Source: Chiloscyllium plagiosum (taxonomy: Eukaryota). Taken from it: DNA of 64,000 nucleotides. The stretch is from assembly GCF_004010195.1 (NCBI RefSeq), contig NC_057740.1, positions 33,850,793 through 33,914,792 of the forward strand, written 5' to 3'. The position numbers and the translations under genes are program-made. The notes beneath the pieces are model-generated. The model ran no database searches. It was not told the origin of the DNA and saw only the letters and a list, made by a program, of their open reading frames with translations. This document shows, in pieces, positions 1 through 11,619 of the stretch; position 1 is the stretch's first letter, and every line of letters begins with the position of its first letter.

Positions 1-180
1 GTCCCTCCTCCCTATCTTTTATCTTCTCCTGCTGAACACTTTCTGCTCATTCCTGAAGAAGGGCATGTGCCCGAAACGTCGAATCTTCTGTTCCCTAGAT
101 GCTGCCTGACCTGCTGTGCTGTTCCAGCAATAAAGTTTCAGCTTTGATCTCCAGCGTCTGCAGACCTCACTTTCTCCTCC
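1..180 (+). mobile_element. Penelope-like element terminal (pLTR) repeat, family A, with hammerhead motif
   Basis: CTGAAGAAGGGC..GCCCGAAACGTCG followed by GATGCTGCCTGACCTGCTGTGC..CCAGC..CTCACTTTCTCCT; the same module recurs at 17.1, 18.8, 23.6, 24.1, 31.6, 59.3 and 60.9 kb. Confidence 0.8.
49..84 (+). ncRNA. Minimal type-I hammerhead ribozyme motif (structurally intact)
   Basis: Stem I ATTC(49-52)/GAAT(81-84); core CTGAAGA(53-59)+extra A; stem II GGGC-ATGT-GCCC(61-72); GAAA(73-76); palindromic ACGT mini stem III; predicted cut after GTC (80). Confidence 0.8.
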
Positions 181-1650
181 TGAAATAAACTGCCTTACTC
201 ACTTAGAGGAGTCTTGCGTTTGGCATTGGCATTCCTGATGCTGTTTTAGCCTCCCCACAAGGTCCAAAAAGATTAGATGTAACCTGGTATGGAGTCTTCT
301 CCTGATTGGCAACTCTGCTGGAGCTGTCCCAATGGTTACATCACAGGTGATCCTATAATCGAATAGGAACCAGGACATTTTGGTATTGAGTGAAGCTGTA
401 GGCTGTTTCCGTAAGCCTGCATTCAAAGTTTGGACTGCTCTTTCTGCCAAACCATTGGACGATAGATGGTACGGAGCTGTCCTTACAGGCCGAATGTCAC
501 TCAACTTTAGAAAATACTCAAACTCCCTGCTGGCAAATGATGGCCTGTTGTCTGTGACCAACACCTCTGTGTATGCAAAAGATACCGGCAACTTTTCTAT
601 CATGATCCCTCTGTTTTTCGAATGAACTCTACACATGTCCAACCACACTGAATGTGTAATCGAGTCCAGGGTTACCTGGCCATTGCCATGAATATGAGCA
701 TCCATTTCCTGGCAACCAGACATAACTTCTCACCAACATCTTCACTTCAGAAAAGCTTGGATGACCCTGGTGGAGTTCAGCCTGTATCTGGCCAGAAGAT
801 CATCTGAATATTTAATTAGGATTTCAGTCAGACAGCCATTTTGTAATTGAAAAATGTTGAGCCAATCAAGTTGAATCTTTCTCAACAATTTCTCCCATCA
901 TACTTGGGCCTGAGTCTTTTACTACAATCAGCTGCTTCTGATAAGAGACCGGAAGCAGAGTTGTACCATTAATCTGTAAAGGTTGTCCGGCATAGGTTCT
1001 CAGCCTGGCCAAGGTCTGACACAAACTTAAGGTTTGGAGTCTCGAGTGAATTTTGGTCAAGACTGGTTCTGCAATCACTAATACAGCTGTGCCAGTACTG
1101 ACCTCCATTAGAACTAGGTCACCATTTAATCAGACCTTTATTTTGATTGGTTCTGATTTGGATGTTGCTAAGCAATATAACTTCTTCCACACCAACTGTA
1201 GGTGGACTTTCCAGGGTGTGCGCTCTCCTGGAATCTGACCTATAAGTTCTATTACTTAATTCAGGCCTAGTGGGACATTTCTGTCGTCTTGAGTTTGCTC
1301 ACCAGCAGCAACTAAAATAGCCTGCTGGCCCGGATCCTTGAGAAAACTTTAACTGTTTGGCTGAGGCTTGGCTTTGTTTTGAGGTTTTGCTCTGGACTGA
1401 CCTAGAGTTCTTCTGTTCAGGATATGTCCTGAGTGAGGCAATGCAATTTCCTTCACTCAAGTGGTGTTCCCCAAGCTCAGTTGGCCTGGCAAAGGTGTCC
1501 AGTACCGTTAGAATGCCTTATAACTCATAAGTACCAATTGCAGCATTTTCTAATGGCAAAATCAGTTGTAGCGCCTGTTGATGTCTAGTTGGGCTTCAAC
1601 GAGTAGGTGCTTTTGAATGGTCGCATTATTAATTCCACTCTCGTCCCCAC
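181..1650 (-). mobile_element. Internally deleted Ty3/Gypsy element body (gag fragment, protease, integrase; no RT/RNase H)
   Basis: Integrase core 'VTDN..FASREF...RTAPYH.SSNGLAERAVQTL' (199-723); integrase zinc-binding region 'ELHQGHPSFSEVKMLVRSYVWLPG' (~705-780); protease-like 'MEVSTGTAV..LRTYAGQPL' (866-1108); gag-like 'GINNATIQKHLLVEAQL' (~1585-1636); PBS-like GTGGGGACGAG next to LTR. Confidence 0.85.
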
Positions 1651-1885
1651 TGAAATAATTCCACGAAGGCCAGTATCCTGTCACTAAGTTGCCCTTTATT
1701 TACATGTGCATAATACATATCATTGACCCAGTTAGCTCAGAGCTGCCTCCTAGTGTGAACAGAACCCCTGACATTCCTATTTATATCTGTCAGCCAGGCT
1801 CCCTGATAGAGCCAGGTTAACAGCCCCATTCAGGGAGCTCCTATTTTAGGCGGTCCACCTAGCCGACTTTGTTCCAATCTCTACA
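1651..1885 (-). mobile_element. 5' LTR of the Gypsy element at 181-1650
   Basis: On - strand starts TGTAG, ends TTCA, contains AATAAA (1695-1700) and is followed directly by a TGGCGACGAG-like PBS. Confidence 0.7.
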
Positions 1886-2129
1886 GTGTGTGAAGGCAAT
1901 TTTTTAACTGAGCCAAAATCTTTAAACTCCTACTGATTTGAGAGGCAAGGTGTCAGCTGCGCTTTGCAAAGGAAAATGTGTAGAATGTTGAGCAGAACCA
2001 TCTACTGGCTGGAGATGGAACTGACATTTTAAAATAAAGTATGCATGGGCATGTTTGAAAATAAGCTCGACACTTGCTGCTGATAGGCTATAAAGTCCCA
2101 TTCTTAATACAGATAACACTCTTGCACCA

Positions 2130-2560
2130 CATTATAACTGGATAAATACAGAAGGCTTAATTGCCCTCGAGTCCAAATAGCGTGATAATTAATTGGAGAA
2201 AATTAAAGCAGGCTTTTGAAGATGGTAATGGACAAGTGTGAAGAATATTTCACATCACAAAATAAAATTACCTGTAAAAGACAAGTGTTTAAATCTAGTG
2301 GTGTTTCTCCAGAAGAAAGAATTGATTTGTATGGTATAATTGAGTTTTCAATGAAAAGTCAATTCTTGAATGAATTCCATTGTGGACAGCTTTATTACAG
2401 ATAATAATATAGTCATAATAACGAGTGTAAAGTCTAATAAATATAAGTTCAGCTGTCTGATGTTTTTGAAGTGGCCACGTTACAAATTTGTGTGTCATAT
2501 TTGGGATACACTTGAATTTCCCTGGGTGATTTGAGAAGGATAAATTGGCATCTCTACAAG
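2130..2560 (+). mobile_element. Ancient Gypsy gag remnant
   Basis: ORF 2216-2404 'VMDKCEEYFTSQNKITCKRQVF' resembles the gag motif 'VLxKFEEYCxPKKNxTxERxxF'; heavily decayed. Confidence 0.4.
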
Positions 2561-3380
2561 CAAATGCATCCACTCAGATATAATGATGTATATGAGACTG
2601 AATAGAGCCACCCAGTGGTCAGATGGGATGGAAGTTTTGTATTTGTATTTGTATGAAACGCACAATCATGTGTTCTGAGGCATGAGTTCATATTTTACAT
2701 GCTTCATGAAGTATCCTGGGAGTGATTAAGGTAGACAACAGACCAAACAATAGATAAGCAGGAGTTTGCATGAGAGGATGAAAGCTGCAGGGAAGAAACA
2801 GATTAGTGGTTTGAAATATTAGTAGTAGAACAATCATATAGAAATGTGCACATTCTTGTCTTCAGAAACATAAAACTAGATATGATTACCCCAGTTTTAT
2901 TCCGGTGTGATGATGTGTTGTTTTTTGACTGTATAGCAGAATTTGTTTCTTCAATCTAAAATGGAATAAAAACTTAGTGAATTAACTTCTGTGCTTTTAA
3001 ACAAGGCATTGTCACAAATCTGTAACTTGTAAAACCTCAGTTTTGAAGCATATTCGTCACTACAAAACAGAACGAGGTCTTAATTGGGCAATCTCAAGAA
3101 TGGATGCAGGAATTAGGATGTACATTAATTCCATGTGCATTGAAGGTCACACAGGCAGCACACTGATTTTGGACTGCCTGCTTATTTGAATAATTCCTTC
3201 ATGCAGCAAGTGCTAAATGCACAGTCCACTGGCTACATTTATCCACAGGGTGGCCAAGGTCAGAACATCCTGGATTTTTAAGGTGAGTCTTTACTGTTGA
3301 AATCTGGCCTTGATCAAAAGGTGCACTGTAGCTGCAGCAGATACTGTCAGCCCAGTAAAGATTGAATCTGAAACAAACAT

Positions 3381-3830
3381 GTTCTGAAGAAGATTGATAC
3401 CGGACTCAAAATGTTAACTCTTGTTTCTCTCTCCACAGATCCTGCCAGACCTGCTCTAAGTATTCTTAGATTCCATACAGTGTGGAAATAGGCCCTTCAG
3501 CCCAACAAGTCCACACCGACCCTCCAAAGAGCAACCCACCCAGACCCATTTCCCTCTGACTAATGCACCGAACACTACGGGCAATTTAGCATGGGCAATT
3601 CACCTAACCTGCACATCTTTGGATTGTGGGAAGAAACCGGAGCACCTGGAGGAAACTCACGCAGACACGGGGAGAATATGCAAACTCCACACAGACAGCT
3701 ATCTGAGCTGGGAATTGAACCCGGGTCCCTGGCACTGTGAGGCAGCAGTACTGACCACTGAGCCACCGTGCTGCCCCTTCTCTATGTTTGTTTCAGATGT
3801 CCAGCAACCGCTACACTTTGTTTTTATAAA
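3381..3830 (+). mobile_element. Penelope-like terminal fragment (family B, decayed hammerhead) split by an HE1 SINE
   Basis: GTTCTGAAGAAG...CTCAAAATGTTAAC, CTCCACAGATCCTGCCAGACCTGCT; resumes after the SINE at ~3778 (TTTCAGATGTCCAGCA). Confidence 0.6.
3466..3777 (-). mobile_element. HE1-type V-SINE
   Basis: tRNA head GGCAGCACGGTGGCTCAGTGG..GGGACCCGGGTTCAATTCC, V-domain GTTTCCTCCAGGTGCTCCGGTTTC..CCAAAGATGTGCAGG, CR1/HER1-type tail. Confidence 0.9.
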
Positions 3831-4064
3831 AATTGAAACTGATCTGGGGAAAGGAGTAGTTTAGGAGATATCAGGGTACAAAGTTTTTGAATGTTGCATT
3901 GGAGGAGCAGCTGGGAAGGTTCCTTCATCTGTCGAGTGTCAGGAATCACGCTAGGCACGCAGTCAAAGGCAAAGATTGTAGATATCTGCAGAAGTCAATG
4001 CCAGCAGTTAAACCTCAATCAGATGTAGTGCCAGAAGCAGTTCAGTAATCTTATCTGTGTCATT

Positions 4065-4330
4065 ATGGCCTATTCTTAATTGCCCACAGCACAGTAAAGA
4101 GCCAACCACATTGCTATGGGTTTGGAGTCACAAAGACTAGGCAAGAATAGCATTTTTCTTCCCTAAAAGGCATTAATGAACCAGATAGATTTTTCCTGAC
4201 AATGGTTTCACAATTATCATTAAATTCTTAATTCCAGATTTTTTTTAGTGAATTCAAATTCTAGAAACTGCCATGGCAGGATTCAAACTAGCTCCCCAGA
4301 ATGTTATCTGGGTCTCTGGATTAACACCGT
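4065..4330 (-). mobile_element. tRNA-headed SINE, second family (name not assigned); other copies at 19415-19715(-), 50350-51020(+), 52860-53030(-), 55440-55790(-)
   Basis: Shared motifs CACATTGCTATGGGTCTGGAGTCAC, TTCCCTAAAGGACATTAGTGAACCAGA, GAATTCAAATTCCACCATCTGCC and a B-box-like GGATTCGAACC. Confidence 0.7.
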
Positions 4331-4963
4331 TCTGTGAAAAAAATACCAGGCTGTCATTTCCCTGCAAACATTCCACTACAAAAGTTACATCAGCCAAACA
4401 GCATGAACACCACTCACTAACCCCTCCCTTGCAGTACAAAGTGGCAGGAGTAACTGGAAACACATTGCGTAGAGGAGATTGAGCTGGTCACTATTCACAG
4501 AAGCGTTGTTGAGGCAGAGTTGTAACCTGTGAAGATAACAGTGTCATTCCATATAATCCTATTCAATAATTCCACATCTGTCTCTTCCCACACTCTCTCT
4601 TCTGAGTTACAAGCTGCAAATGGCCTAAACATCATTTCCTACTTCCTGCACATGCTATGCCACATCTTATCCTTGCACTTTATTTCCTTTCAGATACCCA
4701 AGAGATCAATCTGGACAGGCTATGAAGGAGCACTTCCAAGAAAGTGATAATGATGGAAAAGAACTTCACCTGATTTCATACTCACAGCCATCAATTCAGA
4801 TACTAGCATCATGCGTATCTGTGTTTATCTTACAGAATAGATTGGAGGTGGGACTTGAATGTGTTCAGCACCGGGCAATGTGATCTGCAACCAGGGTAGA
4901 GGACAATTTTAACAGGAGCCAACTCAGTGGACAGGAGGGTCACACGTGGGTTTCTCTAAAGAG

Positions 4964-7775
4964 TGTTATGAAGATGTGGGTGTACTGTACCTTTAAGAGA
5001 GTTAAAAGCTAGCGGAACTATCTGACACAGCAAGAAGTGTTCTGAATAAGGTAATAATGTAACACTTGGTCGAAAGCTAGATTAGCTGGTTGCCTGGAAA
5101 TGATCAAACAGATTCATATTAGGCCAATCAGTTTAAATTATACCCCGAAAAATACCAAATTCCAATTAAGTTTGAATTTAGTATATTGACAATCTTAAAA
5201 GCCAATGACACAATCTGATACTTTGGGGACTCATCCGGGATTTGAACTGGTTTAGATAGATTTGAATAGATTTGGGGATACGAAAAATCCCACCAGACTT
5301 ACCCAAATGATTGAGATAAAGGTATCTCATTCATATTGTTTGCCATTAGTGATGCCCCAAATGAATTTACTCAGTTCACTCCCTTCGAGTTAGTGTTTGG
5401 GTATGAAGTGAGAGGCCCTTCGAAATCAATTAAAGAAAAATTGACAGGGCCAAAGTCGGAGATCTCACACTTAGATTATGTATCTCTCAAAATTATAAAT
5501 AGCATCTAAAAAGGGCACAGTGTAGAATGAAGCAGGTGATGGATAAAAGCTCTGAGACCTGGACATTTTCCTGAGGGGATGACATGTTCATACTGTTACC
5601 AGTGATAGGAGATCCCTTCAAAGCCTCGTTTAGTTGGTCGTATCAAATTGAGAAAAAGATAAGTCAGGTGAACTGTCCAGTAAAGATGCCAGATAGAAAA
5701 AAAAGTATCAAGTATGTCATGTGAACATGTTGAAACTGTATTATACTAGAGAAAAAGAACTGGAGAAACAGGTATCAGTTACTGCCCTGCAGGGTGAGGA
5801 ATCAAATTCAGATGATGTGGATTTTGAGGTGCCTCAAAATAGATTTAAGAAAGGAAGAAATCGTTGAGAAGTGGGATAGGTTAGGAAGCTATCTGCCTCA
5901 GGAGCATAGAATGCAATTGAAAGATTTGTTACTGCAGTGTAAGACATATGTAAGAATCAGATGGGGAGGACTAATGCTATTGTACATGAAGTAGATGTAG
6001 GGAATACTATTCCGATAAAACAACACCCCTATCCGCTTATTCCTTTCAAAGCCAGATAGGTCGACATAAAGGTGAAAGCTATGTTCAACGAGGACATCAT
6101 TGAGCCAAGCCAGAGCGAGTGGCTTTCGTCAATCATCTTAGTTCCCAAACCAAATGGGACTCAACAAATCTGCATGGATTAATGGAAGATCAATGCTGTA
6201 ATAAAATTGGACTCATATCCAATTCCTAGGTTGGAGGACTGTATCAAGAAAGTTGGACAAGCCAGTTACATCACCAAGTTGGACTTAATGGGCGGTTACT
6301 GGCAGGTACCTTTATCAGAGATGGCAAAAGAAATTTTTGCATTTGTAACCCCAAATGGGTTATATCAATTTAAAATGATGCCCTCTGGAATGAAGAATGT
6401 GCCCGCCATATTCCAAAGACTCATGAATAGAATTGTGGCCAGATTAGCAAACTGTGCAGTCTATTTGGATGATGTAGTAATCTTTGGTAAGTCCTGGAAA
6501 GATCACATTGGCTGAGCTCTTTGAATGACTACGAGAAGCAAAACTGGTGATAAACATAAATAAAACGGAATTTGTGAAAGCAGAAGTGATGTTCTTGGGA
6601 CATAACATCGGTTATGGAAGGTTGACCCCACGGAAAGCAAAGACCGAAGGCCATTGAGGAATTTCCACGACCAACCTCGAAGAAAGAGGTGCTTCGATTC
6701 TTAGGACTCAGTGGATTCAGCAGTGTAGTGGCACCGTTGACCAATTTGCTGAAGAAGAACACAAAGTTTCGGTGGACAGAACCATGCCACTATTTGAAAG
6801 CCATATTAACCACCAAACCAGTTTTAGCTGCACCAAACTTTTCAAAACCTTTTAAAGTCTCCATCGATGTTCATGACATTGGAGTTGGAGCGGTCCTCCT
6901 ACAGGAAGATGGGGATGGGACTGAACTGCCAGGTGGTTAATTTTTGAAGAAGATCAACATCCACTAGATGAAACACTCCACAATCAAAAAAGAACTATTG
7001 AGTTTGGTACTGGCCTTATAACATCACGGACAATGTGTCAGAGACGATTCTGTACACGGATTACAATCTGCTTACATTCTTAAAATGCTTTAAAGACAAG
7101 AATATGAGACTATTCCATTGGAGTCTTATGTTACAGACTTTTAATTTAAAAATTGTACATATTGCGAGTTGCAAGAATGTAGTCGTAGATGTGTTATCAT
7201 GGATTTACCTGATAAAGTTTAGATGAGATTTGTATTTATTTAATGTTATATAAATACAGGTATATGGGAAGAAGTTAAGATGAACTTATATTGAAGTTAT
7301 CTGTATGTTATGGTGATGTGTTTAAAATATAGGGAAAAAATGAAACCATCTTTTCATTATGATGGTTCATTTTTCTTTAGTGGGGAGGTGTTATGAAGAT
7401 GTGGGTGTACAGTAACTTTAAGAGAGTTAAAAGCTAGCAGAACTAGCTGACACAGCACCAAATGTTCTGAATAAGGTAACAATATAACACTTGGTCAAAA
7501 GCTAGATTAGCTGGTTGCTTGGAAGTGACAAAACAGATTTGAATTTAGCCAATCAGTTTAAATTATACCCCGAAAAATACCAAATTCAAATCAAGTTTGA
7601 ATTTAATATATTGACAATCTTAAAAGCCAATGACACAATCTGATACTTTGGGGTATACGACTGGGGAAAATTGAACAGTTGTTTGGTGGGGGTGAGTGGG
7701 AGGGGAGACTGCCAAGCCAATGGCATCTGCAGACTGTCCGGAGAATAGCTCTCTTAAAGATACCTTTATCGATCC
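4964..7775 (+). mobile_element. Decayed Gmr1-like Ty3/Gypsy LTR retrotransposon (order IN-RT-RNase H)
   Basis: Direct repeats TGTTATGAAGATGTGGGTGTAC.. at 4964 and 7389; PPT TGGGGAGG before the second; integrase C-term 'FTPFELVFGYEVRGP' (~5375-5419) and 'VCHVNMLKLY' (~5712-5742) upstream of RT 'DSYPIPRLEDCI..KLDL.GGYWQVP..YLDD' (YLDD 6462-6473) and RNase H 'FKVSIDVHDIGVGAVLLQE'. Confidence 0.9.
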
Positions 7776-7789
7776 ATGAGCTGCGAAGC

Positions 7790-8400
7790 ATAATACCTAA
7801 GAAAGGACTAAGTTGCATCCTTTTCCACTTTCTCCTTTTCCATCTCCTTTTCCACTTTCTCCTTTTCCATCTCCTTTTCCACTTACTCTTTTTCCACATC
7901 ATTTACCTCTTGCTCATGCTCCTGCACCTCAACTTTTCATTGTATAGACCAAGCAAAGATTGTCCTGACATGATGGCAAGGTTATGCAGCAGATTACCAT
8001 GATTGTTGACACCTGCTGTGTTGAATATTGCAGAATCCTCTCGTGTGCTCCAGGCAGTAGAAGCTTTGTTTCAGCATTGGTCATGGTTCTCATTGTATGT
8101 CCTGTATACGGTGCACATTTGCACAGATTATGCAGCAGTCTTCAGTCATGCTGTTAATGGATGATCCTTTGATTTGGCACTCTGACTCATATTCAACTGG
8201 CGCAATAGACAGTTGAAGGCATTATGACTACTGCCAGGGTTCTGGGCATTGGCCTGCATGATTCATTGCTTATGGTCACAAACCAGCTAGAGTTTGAGAG
8301 TGGAATCATTTTTGGTTGTGGTATCATTTAGATTGTTGTTGGGCACCTGCACAATGGATATGTTTTTAGTCAGTAGAACCCTCCACCTCAAGGAGGCCTA
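7790..8400 (-). mobile_element. PIF/Harbinger transposase (HARBI1-like) C-terminal remnant
   Basis: Minus strand reads 'MLKQSFYCLEHTRGFCN' (cf. LKxRFRCLDxSGGxLQY), then LLHNL, then a Glu/Lys-rich repeat (7820-7900). Confidence 0.55.
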
Positions 8401-8859
8401 AAATCCAAGAAAAACAAGTGTTGACCTCACCTGCTTTGTCTCTGGTGAGCATGAAACATAGTGAGCTCTTGTTGAGTACAGAATGTCACTGATTTCCCTT
8501 ACATAACATGGACATCAAATTGAGAGATATTACTTAAGATGGAACTAACGGCCACTATCACATTCATAACCAGTAGCAATGCGATTCGTGGCATTCTGTG
8601 TCTTTACCTACAGAAGAGGGTAGTTTTAATATCTTTACTGAGGCTCAGATGTCTCACTCATTGTTCCTCATTGTTCCTCACGAAGGTTTGTTTGCAGAAA
8701 TGTTTCCTGAACACCATAAGGGAATATTGCCTCCCATTGAGACCTCTTGTCCTGTTCATCTCCTCCCTTCTCCAGCAACTTGTTCTGCCCTGTGTGATCT
8801 CTGTTCATTTTCCAAGCTATGCTTACACCAAGGGAGATGGCTACTCTTGCATCTGTGAC

Positions 8860-9560
8860 AGGGAGCAACTGGTTTGGTCAGAAACTTTGAAGAATGCAGA
8901 GAAGTGTAAAGTGATACATTCTGGAAGAAAGTCCAAGGAAAGGCAACATAAAAGAAATGTTCAATTTTTGAAAGGGGATTCAGGAACACAGAAACTTCAG
9001 GTATAAGTGCATATGTTTGTAGCCTAAACCTAATTCCAATGTTTGCCCATGGTATTGAAATTGGCCGGACAGTTTATGAGAGAGTTTCTGATAGCATTCT
9101 CTGGACTTTATATATAGAGGCACAGAGAAAGTTTATAAAACACTGGTTTGGCCTCAACTGGACTATTGTGTCCAATTAACAAAGACATAAATTGCTGATG
9201 AAACTCTGAAGAAGGGTCATTAGATTTGAAATGTTAGCTCTGCTTTGTCTCCACAGATGCTGGCAGACCTATTGAGTTTCTCTAGCAGTTTCAGATTTCC
9301 ACCATTACAGATCTTTGTTTTATTTTCCTTTTTTGTGGCAACAAGTTAGAATCTGGAATGTACTGCCTGAAAGCATTGATAGGGCAAATTATATCTTTAT
9401 TCTTGAAAGAGAATTGGATAAGAACCATCAACAAATAAAAACCCAGGGTCACAAGAACGGTGGTGGAGTAGGAGTAACTGTATTTTTTCTTGTATGGAAC
9501 CTATACAGGTGATCTGGGCTGAATGTCCTTGTTCTTTGATGTGTGATCATTCTGTGGTAT
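8860..9560 (+). mobile_element. Old CR1 LINE 3' fragment interrupted by a Penelope-like piece (9185-9325)
   Basis: 'NAEKCKVIHSG', TATAAAACACTGGTTTGGCCTCAACTGGACTATTGTGT (YK.LVRP.LEYC), 'VRIWNVLPE'; insert has CTGAAGAAGGGTC-ATTA-GATTTGAAATG. Confidence 0.7.
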
Positions 9561-10149
9561 TATGTGAGTACTCAATCAGCACCTACCCCACAATGTTTTT
9601 CAGACTTTGCAATTTGATTCAAATATTGAAAGCACCAAACATTTAATTAGAGCAAGAGAAAAAAATAAATCAAGCAGCAACTAATGTATAAGTAGTTAAC
9701 GATCCCCTTTGGGGATGACGGTTCATGGTGGAGGGGTGAGTGTTGGAGTTCTTCCTGCTGATTAATGGATCTTCATCTTTGTGAGTATAAAACGTTAGCT
9801 GAAGGTTGAACTTCAAAAAAGTCAGCATTGTATGCCGATTGATGTGATTATTTTGCTACTCTGTATATTGCTAGTGAAAATTCACTGTGCATGTGCTAAT
9901 GCCCTCACCAAAATATGACAACTGCCTTAATTAAACCCCCACAAATGCGCACATGCCATTTTGGACTTCTAAGGCTTTTCTGTTTTCCAAAATGAGGGTA
10001 GCAATGAGCTTTATTCTTTGCTTAAAATAAGCAGATGTACAAAATTGGAGTTTTATAAAGTTGCTGTATGCTCATATTTCAACATCAATAAAGTTCAATT
10101 AAACCTGAGTGAGATGACAAGTGAGATGACAAGGATGTCAACATCTACC

Positions 10150-10585
10150 AGAAAAGAGCTTACATTTAATATCATATCTTCTAATGTCCCTCACGAAGTC
10201 TAAAATGCTTCATAATACCATAATATTTGAAATGCAGTCATTGTTTATTTAGTAATTAAGAAAAAGCCAATTTGCACAAAACAGTTTGCAGCAGCAGCAA
10301 ATGCGATGAACAACCAATTTTGTGGTAGTGTTGGTTGAAGAAGAAATTTACTGGCCATAGGGCTAGATCTCTTAAAATGGTACCAATCAGTATTTTACAT
10401 TCACTGTGTTAACCACAGCAGGCAGAAGAATCCTTGGTTCTGCATTTTAATCTGAAGATCAGCACTCTCTCACAATACAGCACAACACCGTGTTAGCTGG
10501 GAGATTGTGCTTAGGCCCTGGATAATGTTGTGAACCCATAACCTCCTGACCTGTAGTTATAGATGCTACCAAATAAGCCAGGCTT
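10150..10585 (-). mobile_element. Ancient DeuSINE/AmnSINE1-like SINE
   Basis: Reverse complement of Deu-domain-like GTGCAAATTGGC and tail; tRNA-like head GAACCCATAACCTCCTGAC..GCTACC at 10530-10580. Confidence 0.5.
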
Positions 10586-10689
10586 GTACAGACTGTCTAT
10601 TGCTTCTGAACTGCTCAACACTTAGCTTTGATTTTAAGCAGAATAGATATAACAAACAACATACAAAACAATTTTCATGCACCAGTATT

Positions 10690-11260
10690 GAAAAATCTTT
10701 TTCCTCACATCCTGTATTTCATCTCTTGTCCAAAACTTTAAATCTGTGCTCACTTGCCCTTATTCCATCTGCAAACATCTTTTCTTTGTCTGTCATGAAT
10801 AAACCTACCATAGTCATATAGACTTCTATCAAATCTAGCTTCTATCTCATTTAGTCTAAGATCAGCAACCCCAACTGCTCCAACCTAATTTTGTAGTTAA
10901 AATCTGACATGCTAGAAACCATACTGTTAAGTCATCTCTACATGTTTTTAAGGTCTTTCATATCTTTCCTAAAATGTGATGACCAGAAGCAATATTCTAT
11001 TTGTGACCAAACCAGAATTTTATCAAGGCTCACCTTAACTTGCCTGCTTCTATATTCAATATATCTACTTATGAAGCACATATATTCTGCTAAATATTCT
11101 CTCAGTATGTCCTGCCACCAACAATAATCTGTGCACATGAACCCCTCAATGCTTGCTGTATCAGTATGTCTATATTGGCTTTCCATAAGCCTTCTGTCAA
11201 AATATATCACCTCAAGGTACTCGCTATTAAATTCCATCTGCCAGTAGCCTATCCATCCTG
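10690..11260 (-). mobile_element. CR1 LINE 3' fragment
   Basis: ORF 10938-11237 'IEYRSRQV..LDKILVWSQIEYCFWSSHFRKD'. Confidence 0.75.
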
Positions 11261-11619
11261 TTAGTCCATATCACAGTATGGAAGAGACTGTTTAGCTGTG
11301 AACAATGTGGCAGATTTATAATTGCTTTGGAGGACAATTGATTCAACAGCCTAAGGACAGCACTGAATCCAGCAAGCATTATGTTCACATTAAGGCAGTG
11401 ATATCTTGGAATTCTAGTGGATTATTAATTGCGTGGTTATAGATTTTGCATCCAACTTCATTTTGTAGTAATGCAAACTCTGCAATGTGCTTAGGCTACC
11501 TCAGTTGAATGTTGTGAAGTGTATGACTGATTTCAGCATCTCAACATACTGGAGATTGAATCCAAATCCTTCTTTATCTGTTAAGCTTTAGCTACACAAT
11601 GATTAAACTCGGAGCTGCC

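Noticed and set aside
3700-3777. tRNA genes at SINE heads (also 16381, 33282, 41803, 46880, 52700)
   Set aside because: A/B boxes continue into V-domain and LINE-derived tails; these are SINEs, not tRNAs
7603-8002. Lys/Arg/Trp-rich and Phe/His/Leu-rich ORFs
   Set aside because: Alternative frames of a low-complexity purine repeat; the third frame fits an acidic transposase tail
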